64,000 bases of DNA from Promethearchaeota archaeon (lineage in GTDB: Archaea; Asgardarchaeota; Lokiarchaeia; Sigyniarchaeales; SOKP01). The stretch's first letter is position 1; every line of letters starts with the position of its first letter. Below, piece after piece: positions 40,821 through 50,575 of the stretch. Below the pieces are notes generated by a model, which worked only from the letters and a program-made list of their open reading frames with translations, was not told the DNA's origin and made no database searches. A program made the translations under genes and the position numbers. Location: contig JBHLLT010000006.1 of NCBI GenBank assembly GCA_048938855.1, positions 41,986-105,985 on the forward strand, written 5' to 3'.

Positions 40821-41816
40821 TTATGGAATAATGTATAATGGTGAATAGATAAGTATATACGTTATTACTAAAAGCGTCAATAATGAACCAGCTAGTGCAA
40901 TATATACTTTTTTATTCCATTTCCAAATGTTTTGACCATCTAAGATACCAATAGGAATCATATTAAAAGTTCCTAACATAAAATTTAGATTTGCAGCCAA
41001 CCCTATTAACATATTAAGTGGGTATATTGGAATTATAAAAGAGATAACAAAAAGGATGATACCATATATTAGATTAACTATGGGGCCTGCAGCTTTACAT
41101 AGTCCAGTAGTTCTATCTATTTTGCTTAACCCTAAAACAACAACAGCCCCAGGGAGAGCTAAAGAAGGGAAACTACTTCCACCGGACATTAAAGAATAAA
41201 TGTTAATTACAACACCAATTACTGTTAAAATCATCCCAAATGTTAATAATCTAAATTTTGTTTGAAGGTTAAAATGCAATGCAACTTGTCTATGCCCTAA
41301 TTCATGAAATAGAAAGGCAGTGGCATAAAAACCGGCTAGCATGAATATTGCCCATTGATACCCAGAAACATATATCAATTGTGGAGTGAAAGTTATAATT
41401 CCTATAATATAAATTAATGAGACTCCGATAATAAAATGAAATAATTCTGATTTATGAGGTAAAAGGATTCCTTTAAACTTAATTCCTGAATCAGGATCAA
41501 ATGCATCAACTGGTACTTGACTTTCTTGGCGATACCAAGAATATGTTCCATCTGTAGTTCCTCGGATTACTCCTCCGGGACTTTGTTGTTGGTATGTTTG
41601 TTCATAAGGGATTGATGATGATTGTGTTACTTGATTGTAAGATTGAACTACTGATGGTGCTTGTTGCATTCTTAAACTCTCTTTTATAATGTTGCAGTCG
41701 TGATTTATTGGATCCTTATGTATTGTACAATAATTATATCCACATTCACTACAATGAAAAGGCTCTCCAATTATTTCTTGCCCACAATGCGCACAATTTA
41801 CCATAGTTATTACCAA
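40821..41816 (-). CDS. AN1 zinc-finger plus M50 (site-2) intramembrane metalloprotease
   Basis: CAHC...FHCSECGYNYCTIHKDPINHDC; HELGH; AAGP; FNMIPIGILDG. Confidence 0.9.
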   Translation of the reverse strand: MVITMVNCAHCGQEIIGEPFHCSECGYNYCTIHKDPINHDCNIIKESLRMQQAPSVVQSYNQVTQSSSIPYEQTYQQQSPGGVIRGTTDGTYSWYRQESQVPVDAFDPDSGIKFKGILLPHKSELFHFIIGVSLIYIIGIITFTPQLIYVSGYQWAIFMLAGFYATAFLFHELGHRQVALHFNLQTKFRLLTFGMILTVIGVVINIYSLMSGGSSFPSLALPGAVVVLGLSKIDRTTGLCKAAGPIVNLIYGIILFVISFIIPIYPLNMLIGLAANLNFMLGTFNMIPIGILDGQNIWKWNKKVYIALAGSLLTLLVITYILIYSPLYIIP

Positions 41817-42021
41817 AATTGGAATTTTTTTTTTAATAATAGAATGATTTTTTAATAAAATATAAAATTAAATGCTTAAAATTTTATTGAGTGGAATATC
41901 ATTAAAAATCCTAATTTTTTCTAATGGTACTCATCTAATGCAGATTAATGCTAATTAAGAAAAATATATTAAGCCGAACTATACTATTTTATTAAAGTTA
42001 AAGACTTTATTAGTATTTCTT

Positions 42022-42186
42022 ATGAGTGAAGATGAATTTGAAGATGAGAATGAAGATGATATATCATTGGAAGAGGAGCGAAAGAAACTAAAGGAGATGG
42101 GAGTCAATAGTACATGGGATATCTTAACTACTGGTGAAAAAAAGAGAAAAGAGCCAGAAAAAAAGGAATTTAGAGGATTCAATTAA
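42022..42186 (+). CDS. Small acidic/basic hypothetical protein (54 aa), absent from the ORF track
   Basis: MSEDEFEDENEDDISLEEERKKLKEMGVNSTWDILTTGEKKRKEPEKKEFRGFN*; more protein-like than the antisense ORF listed in the track. Confidence 0.65.
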   Translation: MSEDEFEDENEDDISLEEERKKLKEMGVNSTWDILTTGEKKRKEPEKKEFRGFN

Positions 42187-42338
42187 TATCTAAAATTTTT
42201 AAGTTCTCTGTTTATACTAAAGGTATTGATAAACTCTTCTAATGAAAAAAAATTTGAAGTATCATATTAACCATAAAATAATTATAAATCAAAATACTAA
42301 ATTTAAATATTAATAACAAAATTGAGCGAAGTAGAATA

Positions 42339-42605
42339 ATGGGTCACAAGGTGTATTGTCCAACATGCGAACAAATCGTTGAATTACGCCGAAAGAATTT
42401 TGATCATCAATATCATGAAATACTGTGTTTTACCGTTATCTTAACCTTAGGTTTAGGCTTTTTTATCTACCTAATTTTAAAATACAGCAAAAAACCTAAC
42501 ACATGTCCGAATTGTGAGTCTGTTTTTGACTTAAATAATATTCCATCTAATCCATTAGATAGTGCGAAATTTTTAGGCTCTGCTAATAAGTTCAGCCTTC
42601 CATAA
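42339..42605 (+). CDS. LITAF-like zinc-ribbon membrane protein
   Basis: CPTC, hydrophobic stretch, CPNC arrangement. Confidence 0.7.
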   Translation: MGHKVYCPTCEQIVELRRKNFDHQYHEILCFTVILTLGLGFFIYLILKYSKKPNTCPNCESVFDLNNIPSNPLDSAKFLGSANKFSLP

Positions 42606-42858
42606 TTTTCATTTCTTTCCCGCACCTAGGACAAATTTTATCTTCTTCAGCAAGTCGCTTTTTTACAATAGTTTTTTGGTACTTACATTTACTATTTTTA
42701 CAAATAAGATTGTATTTTGCTAATTTAAGGGCCTTTTTATCGATAATATCTTCTTTTTTTTTATCAATACTGCTTTTTTTAATTTGTTTTGATGGAGTCT
42801 TCTTTTTTTCAGAAATTTTATCAGTTTCTTCTGTTTTAATCCACTTATCTAAACCCAT
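42592..42858 (-). CDS. Small zinc-ribbon protein
   Basis: CKNSKC...CPRCG. Confidence 0.7.
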   Translation of the reverse strand: MGLDKWIKTEETDKISEKKKTPSKQIKKSSIDKKKEDIIDKKALKLAKYNLICKNSKCKYQKTIVKKRLAEEDKICPRCGKEMKIMEG

Positions 42859-42993
42859 ATCATTTCACTCTGGAAATGCTCTATAATAATTATAAAAGGA
42901 GCTAATCCTAATATATGGAACATTTACTCCAAAAAATTAAAATCTAATATTTAAAAAAAGAGAAAAAAATAAAAACTTGTTTATCAACATTTA

Positions 42994-44238
42994 CTAATAT
43001 ACTTGAACTTCCCCAGCGATAAGTCTTTTTCTTAGATCAAAAAAGCTTTCCTTACTAAGTTTTTCGTTTGATACTTCTTCTGCGATTTTTTTAACTAAAT
43101 CAAAGCTCACATTATCTGCAGGTATCAATTCGATTGAATTTACCCATGGATTAGTTATTTTCCTTCCTATCTGAGACAACAATTTAACATGTGCTTCTAG
43201 TATATCTCCTTGACCTCTCTTAATTATCTCTCTTGCCATCTCTGTACTTAAAACATTATAAAGTTTTCCTACGTGATTTATTGGATTTTTTCCACATACA
43301 GCCTCTAAACTCATTGTTCTACAAGGAGTTATTAACCCATTTGATCTGTTACCACGTCCTACTTCTCCATCATCTCCCGCTTCAGCGGATGTACCAGTAA
43401 TTGTCAAATACATGATTCCTTTTTCAATATTATCAGCTACATTGACTTGACATGACACATCGCGTTCAGGGATAATATCTGCGGCTAAATCCAGGATTGC
43501 TTCTTTAATTTGATTAGTGTAGCTAACATATTCGCTAGCATCATTAATATATTTACTAATCATTGCTGCCGCAACGGTAATTCCAACTTCATTACCAATT
43601 CTTTCAACCATTACCTTTACATCTTCACCCGAAGCCTTACATCTATCTTTAAATTTATCTGAATTTATCAATTTTTCTGCTTCTAATGCAATCTTCTCAA
43701 CATCTGAGTATGGTGCATAACCAACGCCAAAACTAGTATCATTAGCGAGTGGAATTTCCTCAGTATGATGAGACTCATCAAATACTCCTGTTAAATCTAT
43801 TGAACCTGGTCGCACAGCATAGTCAAATTGAATATCTTTATTTAAATCAAGATTTCTAAAGATTTGAGAAAGCACTTTACGTTGAGTTTCTATACAGATA
43901 GTTGGAATAGGTATATATTCTAACTTATTCTTGCCATCAGCGCATTCTCTAAGAATCTGATTTATCGCCCTTCCAACAATCAAAAAATACTGAGGTTGAA
44001 TTATCTGACCTCCCCCATATTCTGGTCGAGCAGTACCTCCAACAAGAGCTGCTTTATCAACATTATGGTGATAAACACGGTCAAAATTCTCAAGATAATA
44101 AACACATAGAGCTCTTGAGCAAGCATCAGCGACAGCATCGCACACTGTATCAGGGTGTCCTATTCCTTTCCTTTCACAAAGTTCTGGGAAATCGCTTTTT
44201 TCAATTGGTAAAAAGTTAGCGCGAGTAATTTTCAACAT
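42994..44238 (-). CDS. mat: Archaeal S-adenosylmethionine synthetase
   Basis: [44 protein letters not shown]. Confidence 0.96.
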   Translation of the reverse strand: MLKITRANFLPIEKSDFPELCERKGIGHPDTVCDAVADACSRALCVYYLENFDRVYHHNVDKAALVGGTARPEYGGGQIIQPQYFLIVGRAINQILRECADGKNKLEYIPIPTICIETQRKVLSQIFRNLDLNKDIQFDYAVRPGSIDLTGVFDESHHTEEIPLANDTSFGVGYAPYSDVEKIALEAEKLINSDKFKDRCKASGEDVKVMVERIGNEVGITVAAAMISKYINDASEYVSYTNQIKEAILDLAADIIPERDVSCQVNVADNIEKGIMYLTITGTSAEAGDDGEVGRGNRSNGLITPCRTMSLEAVCGKNPINHVGKLYNVLSTEMAREIIKRGQGDILEAHVKLLSQIGRKITNPWVNSIELIPADNVSFDLVKKIAEEVSNEKLSKESFFDLRKRLIAGEVQVY

Positions 44239-44395
44239 TTTATTTAACCAACTTCTTAATCATATAAATAGTTCTTTTAAATATATTTTAAAATTAATTA
44301 TCAGTTAAATTCCTTTTTAAATTGAAAAATGTAGTTATTACTTCATTTTCATGTGTTATAATTAATAACGTTTATAAATATTTTATAATTATAAT

Positions 44396-45001
44396 ATGCA
44401 TAAGAAGCATAAATTAAGAAAATCAATTATGAAAATTTTTTTACCTTCTTTGAATGAAATAAAGCGTTTACGTAAAAAACTTAATATTAGTCAAAAAGAA
44501 CTAGGAAAAAAACTGAATATTCCACAATCAACAATTTCTAGGATAGAAAATGGCGCTACTGATCCTCCATATTCTAAATTAAAAAGAATTTTTGAATATC
44601 TAGATTTTCAGCGTAGTGAGCGAGAAAAATCTAAAAAGCATGCTGAAGACATAATGGTTAAGAAAATAATATCTATTAAATCCGATTCGACTATAAGAAA
44701 TGCTGTAACTTTAATGAATGAATTTGGAATCTCACAATTACCCATCATCGAAAGTAATCAAAATTTGGGGAGTATAACATCAAAAAAAATACAGAGATAT
44801 ATAACGGATAATCCGGAAGTTATCAATATGGATGTTTCACTTATATTAGAATTGCCTTTTCCTGAAATTGATAAATATTGGAATATAAAAGATATTTCTG
44901 CTTTACTTTTAAAATATCCCGCTGTTTTAGTTAAAGACAAAAAATCATATGTTGGTATTATCACTGATTCTGATCTTCTTAGATTGCCAAACAAAAAATA
45001 A
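44396..45001 (+). CDS. XRE-HTH plus CBS-pair transcriptional regulator
   Basis: ISQKELG..LNIPQSTISRIENG; ISQLPII, GIITDSDLL. Confidence 0.9.
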   Translation: MHKKHKLRKSIMKIFLPSLNEIKRLRKKLNISQKELGKKLNIPQSTISRIENGATDPPYSKLKRIFEYLDFQRSEREKSKKHAEDIMVKKIISIKSDSTIRNAVTLMNEFGISQLPIIESNQNLGSITSKKIQRYITDNPEVINMDVSLILELPFPEIDKYWNIKDISALLLKYPAVLVKDKKSYVGIITDSDLLRLPNKK

Positions 45002-45106
45002 GAAAATTTTTAATTTCCAATAAAAAATCACTAAATTACGATTTACCGCGACTTAATTTGAAAAAGAATAATTTTTTATTACAATATTGTTTTTTAAAGA
45101 TTAGAT

Positions 45107-46108
45107 TTGACGATTGAAAAGATAATTCAAAAGATTGATGGTTTATTAAAAAAAGCTAATTACGAGACATTAGCACTGGGTAGTTTTGCTACTACAAAAA
45201 GTAAATTCTGTTTTGATCTTTTAGCTAGAAAGGACGATTTAATATTTAGTGTTAAAATTTTTCCTAATATCGATAACTTGAATCAAGATATAATTCGAGA
45301 TATTAAATCTCTATCCTTAATCCTCAAATCAAAACCTTTATTGATTGGAGTCAGAAATCGATATCAAAAATTAGAAGATAACACGATTTATGTAAGAGAA
45401 GATTTACCCTTCATAACACTCAATACATTTGAGAATATACTCAATGATAATTACCCCCATATCTTAGCAAGAAGAGGAGGTGGAATTGTATTTTTAGATG
45501 GTACATTAATGAAAATTCTGAGAGAAAAGCATTCAATAACAAGAAAGGAATTATCAGAAGTCTTAGGAGTGACTAAAAGAACTATTTGTTCATATGAAAA
45601 CGAATCTATGAGACCTTCTGAGAAAATCGCTAAAAAAATATTAGAAATCTTAGATAATAATGCATTATGTAAAAAAATCAACGTTTTTAGCTGGAGTATA
45701 CATAATGAGATAGAAGAAAATGAAATATTTGAAGAACAAGAATTAAGCCATTTTGAATCCCATGTTCAGGATATAATCAAGGATATTGGACTTTCTTCAT
45801 ATTGGTATAAAAAAGGTTCAGTACCTTTCAAATTATCATTATACTCTCACTCTGATGAAAAAAGATTAAATGGATTTTATCCTCTATTTTCCGGTATAAC
45901 AGAAGAACAAGGTAAAATTAAAGAAATGAGCTTTCAATGTTTAAGAATGTTTACAGATTTATTTCATAAAACATCTCTCTTTATTATAGATAATGATATT
46001 AAAATTCCTGAACCATTTAAGAAAATTAAAATTCCAATAATCAAAATTAAAAACCTTGAAGAAGTAGATAATGAGCAAGAATTCATCGAACTCATTCAAG
46101 ATTCATGA
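45107..46108 (+). CDS. Conserved archaeal HTH transcriptional regulator
   Basis: CFDLLAR, NIDNL, ARRGG, central HTH ELSEVLGVTKRTICSYE. Confidence 0.85.
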   Translation: MTIEKIIQKIDGLLKKANYETLALGSFATTKSKFCFDLLARKDDLIFSVKIFPNIDNLNQDIIRDIKSLSLILKSKPLLIGVRNRYQKLEDNTIYVREDLPFITLNTFENILNDNYPHILARRGGGIVFLDGTLMKILREKHSITRKELSEVLGVTKRTICSYENESMRPSEKIAKKILEILDNNALCKKINVFSWSIHNEIEENEIFEEQELSHFESHVQDIIKDIGLSSYWYKKGSVPFKLSLYSHSDEKRLNGFYPLFSGITEEQGKIKEMSFQCLRMFTDLFHKTSLFIIDNDIKIPEPFKKIKIPIIKIKNLEEVDNEQEFIELIQDS

Positions 46109-46814
46109 AGATGAATCCGACCTAATATGTGGGATAGACGAGGCGGGTAGAATCTAATTCTTTTCGAATTATATGTTAAAAGGCTCTGTCTTAGGCCCAA
46201 TGGTTTTATGCGGAATTTGCTTCAAAAAATCTAAAATTGAGTTATTATCAGAAATAGGAGTAAAGGATTCTAAGAAACTGTCACCTAAAAGAAGAAGTGA
46301 ATTAGCAGAAATCTTACAAAATTATTGCTTCTCTATTAAAATCATTATTATTAATCCTCAGGAAATTGATGAGAGAGAGAGTAAAAAAATTACAATGAAT
46401 AGACTTGAAGAATTGAAAATGGCAGAGATCATTAATGAATTGAAACCAGATGTAATATATATTGATGCTGCTGATGTAAATGAAACGAGATTTGGAGATT
46501 CCATAAAAAAATTACTAATATATTCTCCCAGAAAAATAATATCTAAACATAAAGCTGATGACCTCTATCCAATAGTTTCAGCAGGATCTATAATGGCTAA
46601 ATGTAAAAGAGATGCTATGATTGAAGAACTACACAAAAAATACGGAAATTTTGGCTCAGGATACCCTTCAGATGTTAAAACAACTCAATTCCTAAGAGAT
46701 TTTGTGAAAAAACACAAAAAAGCTCCAATAATCGCAAGAAAATCGTGGGATACCACCAAAAAAATAATAAATGAAGAGGTCTCTTCAAAAAAAATAACTG
46801 ATTACCTTAATTAA
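46071..46814 (+). CDS. rnhB: Ribonuclease HII interrupted by a 30-nt candidate intron: join(46071..46150,46181..46814)
   Basis: Exon 1 MSKNSSNSFKIHEDESDLICGIDEAG(R) is in frame with exon 2 GSVLGPMV...GVKDSKKL...IDAAD...HKADD.YPIVSAGSIMAK...GSGYPSD; the insertion contains TAA at 46155. Confidence 0.92.
46151..46180 (+). other. Candidate BHB-type mRNA intron in rnhB
   Basis: GGT AG|AATCTAATTCTTTTCGAATTATATGTTAAA|A GGC; internal hairpin TAATTC/GAATTA; AGA and AAA 3-nt bulges offset by 4 bp. Confidence 0.8.
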
Positions 46815-47506
46815 TTACTTTTTTTAACTATTAAAATAATATGGTTAGCAGCATATTTTTGAATATTTAAACTCTCCAAAATCTCATAGCCTGCTTTTTC
46901 AAGAGTTTTCTTCTCTTGGGAATACGTAATATCAGATTTTTGAATACTATCAATTGACTGGGATTTGATTGCTATAATTAAAATCCCTTCATCTTTTAGG
47001 TAATAATTGCAATTTTCAATTGCAATTTCAGCTTGACGTGGTTGAGCAACATCTTGATATATTAAATCTACGGGAGTAAAAATATTTTTAGCATAATTCT
47101 CTGGAAAGCGCGCATCCCCTAAAATTGGTATAATATTTGCTCGATCTGATATATTTTGGATTAACTGTCTTATACTTCTTTCAGCAAACTCTACACCATA
47201 TATTATGCCAAAATTAATAATATCCGAAAGGTGAGAGATAGTTGTACCCGAAGATGCTCCTAAATATAAGCATTTCAAATTTTCTGACAAAAAGTTTGTA
47301 ATAGGATTTTCTAGAATTAATGCTGCTAATTTACTTCTATACGGATCCCATTCTCGAAATTCTAAATTCTTGTAGGTGATTAATTTCTCACCATATATCC
47401 TTTTACCTATATCAAGATTCTTTGTATAGAGCTTTAATCTTTCTTGAGGACCAGAAATATAAACATTGTAAAATTTGGGATGATTTCTAATTTCAATTTT
47501 AGACAT
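46811..47506 (-). CDS. flpA: Fibrillarin-like rRNA/tRNA 2'-O-methyltransferase
   Basis: REWDPYRSKLAA, LYLGASSGTTISHLSD, DVAQP. Confidence 0.97.
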   Translation of the reverse strand: MSKIEIRNHPKFYNVYISGPQERLKLYTKNLDIGKRIYGEKLITYKNLEFREWDPYRSKLAALILENPITNFLSENLKCLYLGASSGTTISHLSDIINFGIIYGVEFAERSIRQLIQNISDRANIIPILGDARFPENYAKNIFTPVDLIYQDVAQPRQAEIAIENCNYYLKDEGILIIAIKSQSIDSIQKSDITYSQEKKTLEKAGYEILESLNIQKYAANHIILIVKKSN

Positions 47507-47526
47507 TTTATAACCAATTTATTATA

Positions 47527-48732
47527 CTATCTTTTTTTCTTTGTTTTTCTTTTTTTACTCTTCAATACTGGTGCCTTTTTAGGAGGATTAGGATATTTAG
47601 TTTCAATTTCTTTGATTTTTTCTTCAATCCCCATTAATAATTTATCCCCTAAAAATTCCCCATTAAAAAAGTCTAACTTAGCAGCTACACCAATCTTACC
47701 CGCGATAACCCTAGATATCTTACCTCTAATCCATGGTTTTGCCGATCTAATTTGATTCCATTGAAATATTAAACCATGCTTCGGTCGTTTTTCACCTGTT
47801 TTAAGAAATCGATATAAAGCCTTTTCTGCACCTAATAATTGTATTCTCGATGCAGGCATATATGCTAGTTTCTGTAAACTACCCGCTTTCGCTATCAATT
47901 TTGCTCCAATCAAGGCACCTATTAAAAAGTTAATGTTAGGAGCAAAAACCTCCATTATTTCTCCTAAATAATTCTCTAATTCTAAACGATAATTATCTAA
48001 TGAAATGATTTGATCTGCATAATTTTGTATCATTGAGAGATCAAAATTTGCACCCATTGATTCCAAAGCATATTTCTCTAAAGCTTTAATTTTCCTTTCT
48101 TTTAAATCTACCTTATTTTTAATATTTTCAAAAGTAAAATTTTCTCTGGATCCCAAATTTGCAATTAAATTTGCTAAGATAATATTATCTTCAATAATCT
48201 TATCAGTTAATTCAGGAAAATGTAATCCATACCATTCTCTAAGATGACTTGAAAAAAGGCTAATAGATTTTTTAATTACATCCAAGACGGTTATTATTTG
48301 GATAGCAATATTATCTGAATGTCCACTTGCATCACTGATCTTCTTTCTTGTCAATTGTTCGCTTATCTCTTTATATTGTGAAAGAATTTCTTTACTTGTT
48401 TTATTAATCCCCACCGTTTTTAATTGATTTTCTAGATTCAAACGAAAATTCTTGAGCTCTAATGAATTACTCTCGAAAATAGTTTTGTACCCTAATTTTT
48501 CTGAGATAAGAGATTCTAATTTTATATTATCAAATATTAATTCATCAAAACCAACAGTTTTCAAATCTAATAAAAAGTCTTCAAATATTTTTTGAACAGT
48601 GTTATTATCTAATGCGTTATAAAATTCAATAATTTTCTCGTGATTATCATCAAAATCAATGAAATTTAAAATATTGCCAGACTCATCAAGCGCAAAAATA
48701 CCAATTAGAGTATCTGCTATGTAAGATTTCAT
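47527..48732 (-). CDS. nop5: C/D box sRNP protein Nop5 (Nop56/58)
   Basis: LREWYGLHFPEL, PASRIQLLGAEKAL, PKHGLIF. Confidence 0.96.
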   Translation of the reverse strand: MKSYIADTLIGIFALDESGNILNFIDFDDNHEKIIEFYNALDNNTVQKIFEDFLLDLKTVGFDELIFDNIKLESLISEKLGYKTIFESNSLELKNFRLNLENQLKTVGINKTSKEILSQYKEISEQLTRKKISDASGHSDNIAIQIITVLDVIKKSISLFSSHLREWYGLHFPELTDKIIEDNIILANLIANLGSRENFTFENIKNKVDLKERKIKALEKYALESMGANFDLSMIQNYADQIISLDNYRLELENYLGEIMEVFAPNINFLIGALIGAKLIAKAGSLQKLAYMPASRIQLLGAEKALYRFLKTGEKRPKHGLIFQWNQIRSAKPWIRGKISRVIAGKIGVAAKLDFFNGEFLGDKLLMGIEEKIKEIETKYPNPPKKAPVLKSKKRKTKKKR

Positions 48733-48810
48733 TTTAATTAGGCAATTTATACTTATTTTTCCTTCATTAATAATTATTATAAAACTATAATCATTATTGG
48801 AATTTAAAAA

Positions 48811-49737
48811 ATGCTAGAAGTAAATCTTTCTGGGTTAAAACTAAAGTCTCCAATAATTTTAGCCTCAGGGATTTTAGGGGTCTCATTTTCTTCTATGAAA
48901 AGAGTAATTGATGCTGGAGCGGGTGCTGTCACTACAAAATCTATCGGACCAAAACCAAGAAAAGGTTATAAAAACCCATCTATAATTGAAATATACCCAG
49001 GAACTTTTATGAATAGTGTTGGTTTAGGTAATCCTGGAATCAACGAATTTGTTTCAGAAATAAAAGAAATAAAAAAACATAACATTCCCTTAATAGTAAG
49101 CGTTTTTGGAAGTACAAATGAGGAATATCTTGATGTAGCAATTAAAGCTGAAAATGCTGGGGCTGATGCTATTGAAATTAATATCTCCTGTCCCCATGCT
49201 GAAGTTTCTTCAATAGGAATTGATGCTAAGTTAACCTATGAACTTGTGAGATTTCTAAAAGAACATCTAAAAGCCCCCCTTTTTGTAAAATTAAATCCTA
49301 ATGTAACAGATATTGTTGATATAGCTTTAGCAGCTCAGAAAGGAGGCACAGATGGATTAGTAGCTATAAATACTCTATCCGCATTGAAAATAGATATAAA
49401 AACTCAAAGATCAATTTTATCCCATGGTAGTGGTGGTCTTTCTGGAAAAGCAATTCATCCTATAGCAGTAAAAAAAGTATATGACTTATACAAAGTATTA
49501 AAAATTCCAATAGTTGGATGTGGTGGAGTTGATTCTTGGCAAGACATAATAGAATTCTTTTTAGCAGGAGCTTCAGCAGTACAAATTGGAACAGGGCTAT
49601 ATCAAGGAATTGATATTATCACAAATATTAATTCAAAAATTACTCATTATCTAAAAAAAAATGGTTATACCTCTATAAATGATATCAAAGGAGTAGCACA
49701 TCATTTTAAAAGCCAGGAGGTGCCTGATTTTGACTGA
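48811..49737 (+). CDS. pyrD: Dihydroorotate dehydrogenase, family 1B catalytic subunit
   Basis: ASG, NSVGLGNPG, NISCPH, KLNPN, GGLSG, VQIGT. Confidence 0.95.
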   Translation: MLEVNLSGLKLKSPIILASGILGVSFSSMKRVIDAGAGAVTTKSIGPKPRKGYKNPSIIEIYPGTFMNSVGLGNPGINEFVSEIKEIKKHNIPLIVSVFGSTNEEYLDVAIKAENAGADAIEINISCPHAEVSSIGIDAKLTYELVRFLKEHLKAPLFVKLNPNVTDIVDIALAAQKGGTDGLVAINTLSALKIDIKTQRSILSHGSGGLSGKAIHPIAVKKVYDLYKVLKIPIVGCGGVDSWQDIIEFFLAGASAVQIGTGLYQGIDIITNINSKITHYLKKNGYTSINDIKGVAHHFKSQEVPDFD

Positions 49738-50575
49738 AAATACAATAATAACTGTAAGAATCCAGAAAGTCATAGATGAATGTAAGGATATTAGGACCTT
49801 GTTTTTTAACATGAAAGAGGATGATAATCAAAATAATATTACTCCTAAACCAGGGCAATTTGTTATGATATGGGTTCCAGGTGTGGATGAAATTCCAATG
49901 TCTATTTCTGAGTATGATAATAAAGGTAATTGGGCAATTACAGTAAAAAATGTTGGAGAATGCACAAATGCTCTTTATAATTTAAATGTTGGAGATTATA
50001 TTGGAGTTAGAGGTCCTTTAGGTAATCATTTTAAAATTCCAACGAATAACTCAAAAACTGTGTTTTTGATTGGTGGAGGAATAGGTATGATTCCTCTAAA
50101 ATTTTTGTCAACAGAACTCAGGAATAAAAATATAAAACACACTGTAATTGAAGGAGTAAAAGTTAAGGAAGAATTGATTTTTAAGGAACTTTTTAATGAA
50201 TCAGCATCTGAAACATTTTATTGTACTGATGATGGAAGTTATGGAATAAAAGGAGTATCTTCCGATATATTTAAAGGAATATTAAAAGAATATAATGAAA
50301 AAGATCAATCAAGTATTATTGTTTATTCATGCGGTCCAGAAGTAATGCTCTACAAGTTATCTAAAATTTGCGAAGAAAATGATATTGAGTTTTATGCGAG
50401 TCTTGAGAGAATAATGAGGTGTGGATGTGGACTCTGTGGACTGTGTGCATTAGATCCATTAGGTTTACTTGTTTGCAAAGATGGACCAGTTTTTGATTTG
50501 AAAACTCTTAAAGAAATTCAAGATTTTGGAAAATTTCAAAGAGATTTCACTGGAAAAAAGATATCATTAGAGTGA
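49730..50575 (+). CDS. pyrK: Dihydroorotate dehydrogenase electron-transfer subunit
   Basis: PGQFVM, GPLG, GGGIG, TDDGSYG, CGP, CGCGLCGLC..CKDGPVF. Confidence 0.95.
   Translation: MTENTIITVRIQKVIDECKDIRTLFFNMKEDDNQNNITPKPGQFVMIWVPGVDEIPMSISEYDNKGNWAITVKNVGECTNALYNLNVGDYIGVRGPLGNHFKIPTNNSKTVFLIGGGIGMIPLKFLSTELRNKNIKHTVIEGVKVKEELIFKELFNESASETFYCTDDGSYGIKGVSSDIFKGILKEYNEKDQSSIIVYSCGPEVMLYKLSKICEENDIEFYASLERIMRCGCGLCGLCALDPLGLLVCKDGPVFDLKTLKEIQDFGKFQRDFTGKKISLE

Noticed and set aside
41979-42182. Minus-strand 67-aa ORF
   Set aside because: It is the antisense shadow (Ser/Phe-rich) of the plus-strand 54-aa ORF at 42022-42186.
46173-46814. Track ORF taken as a complete RNase HII starting at MLKGSV
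   Set aside because: It lacks the catalytic DEAGR, which lies in frame upstream; its ATG is inside the candidate intron.
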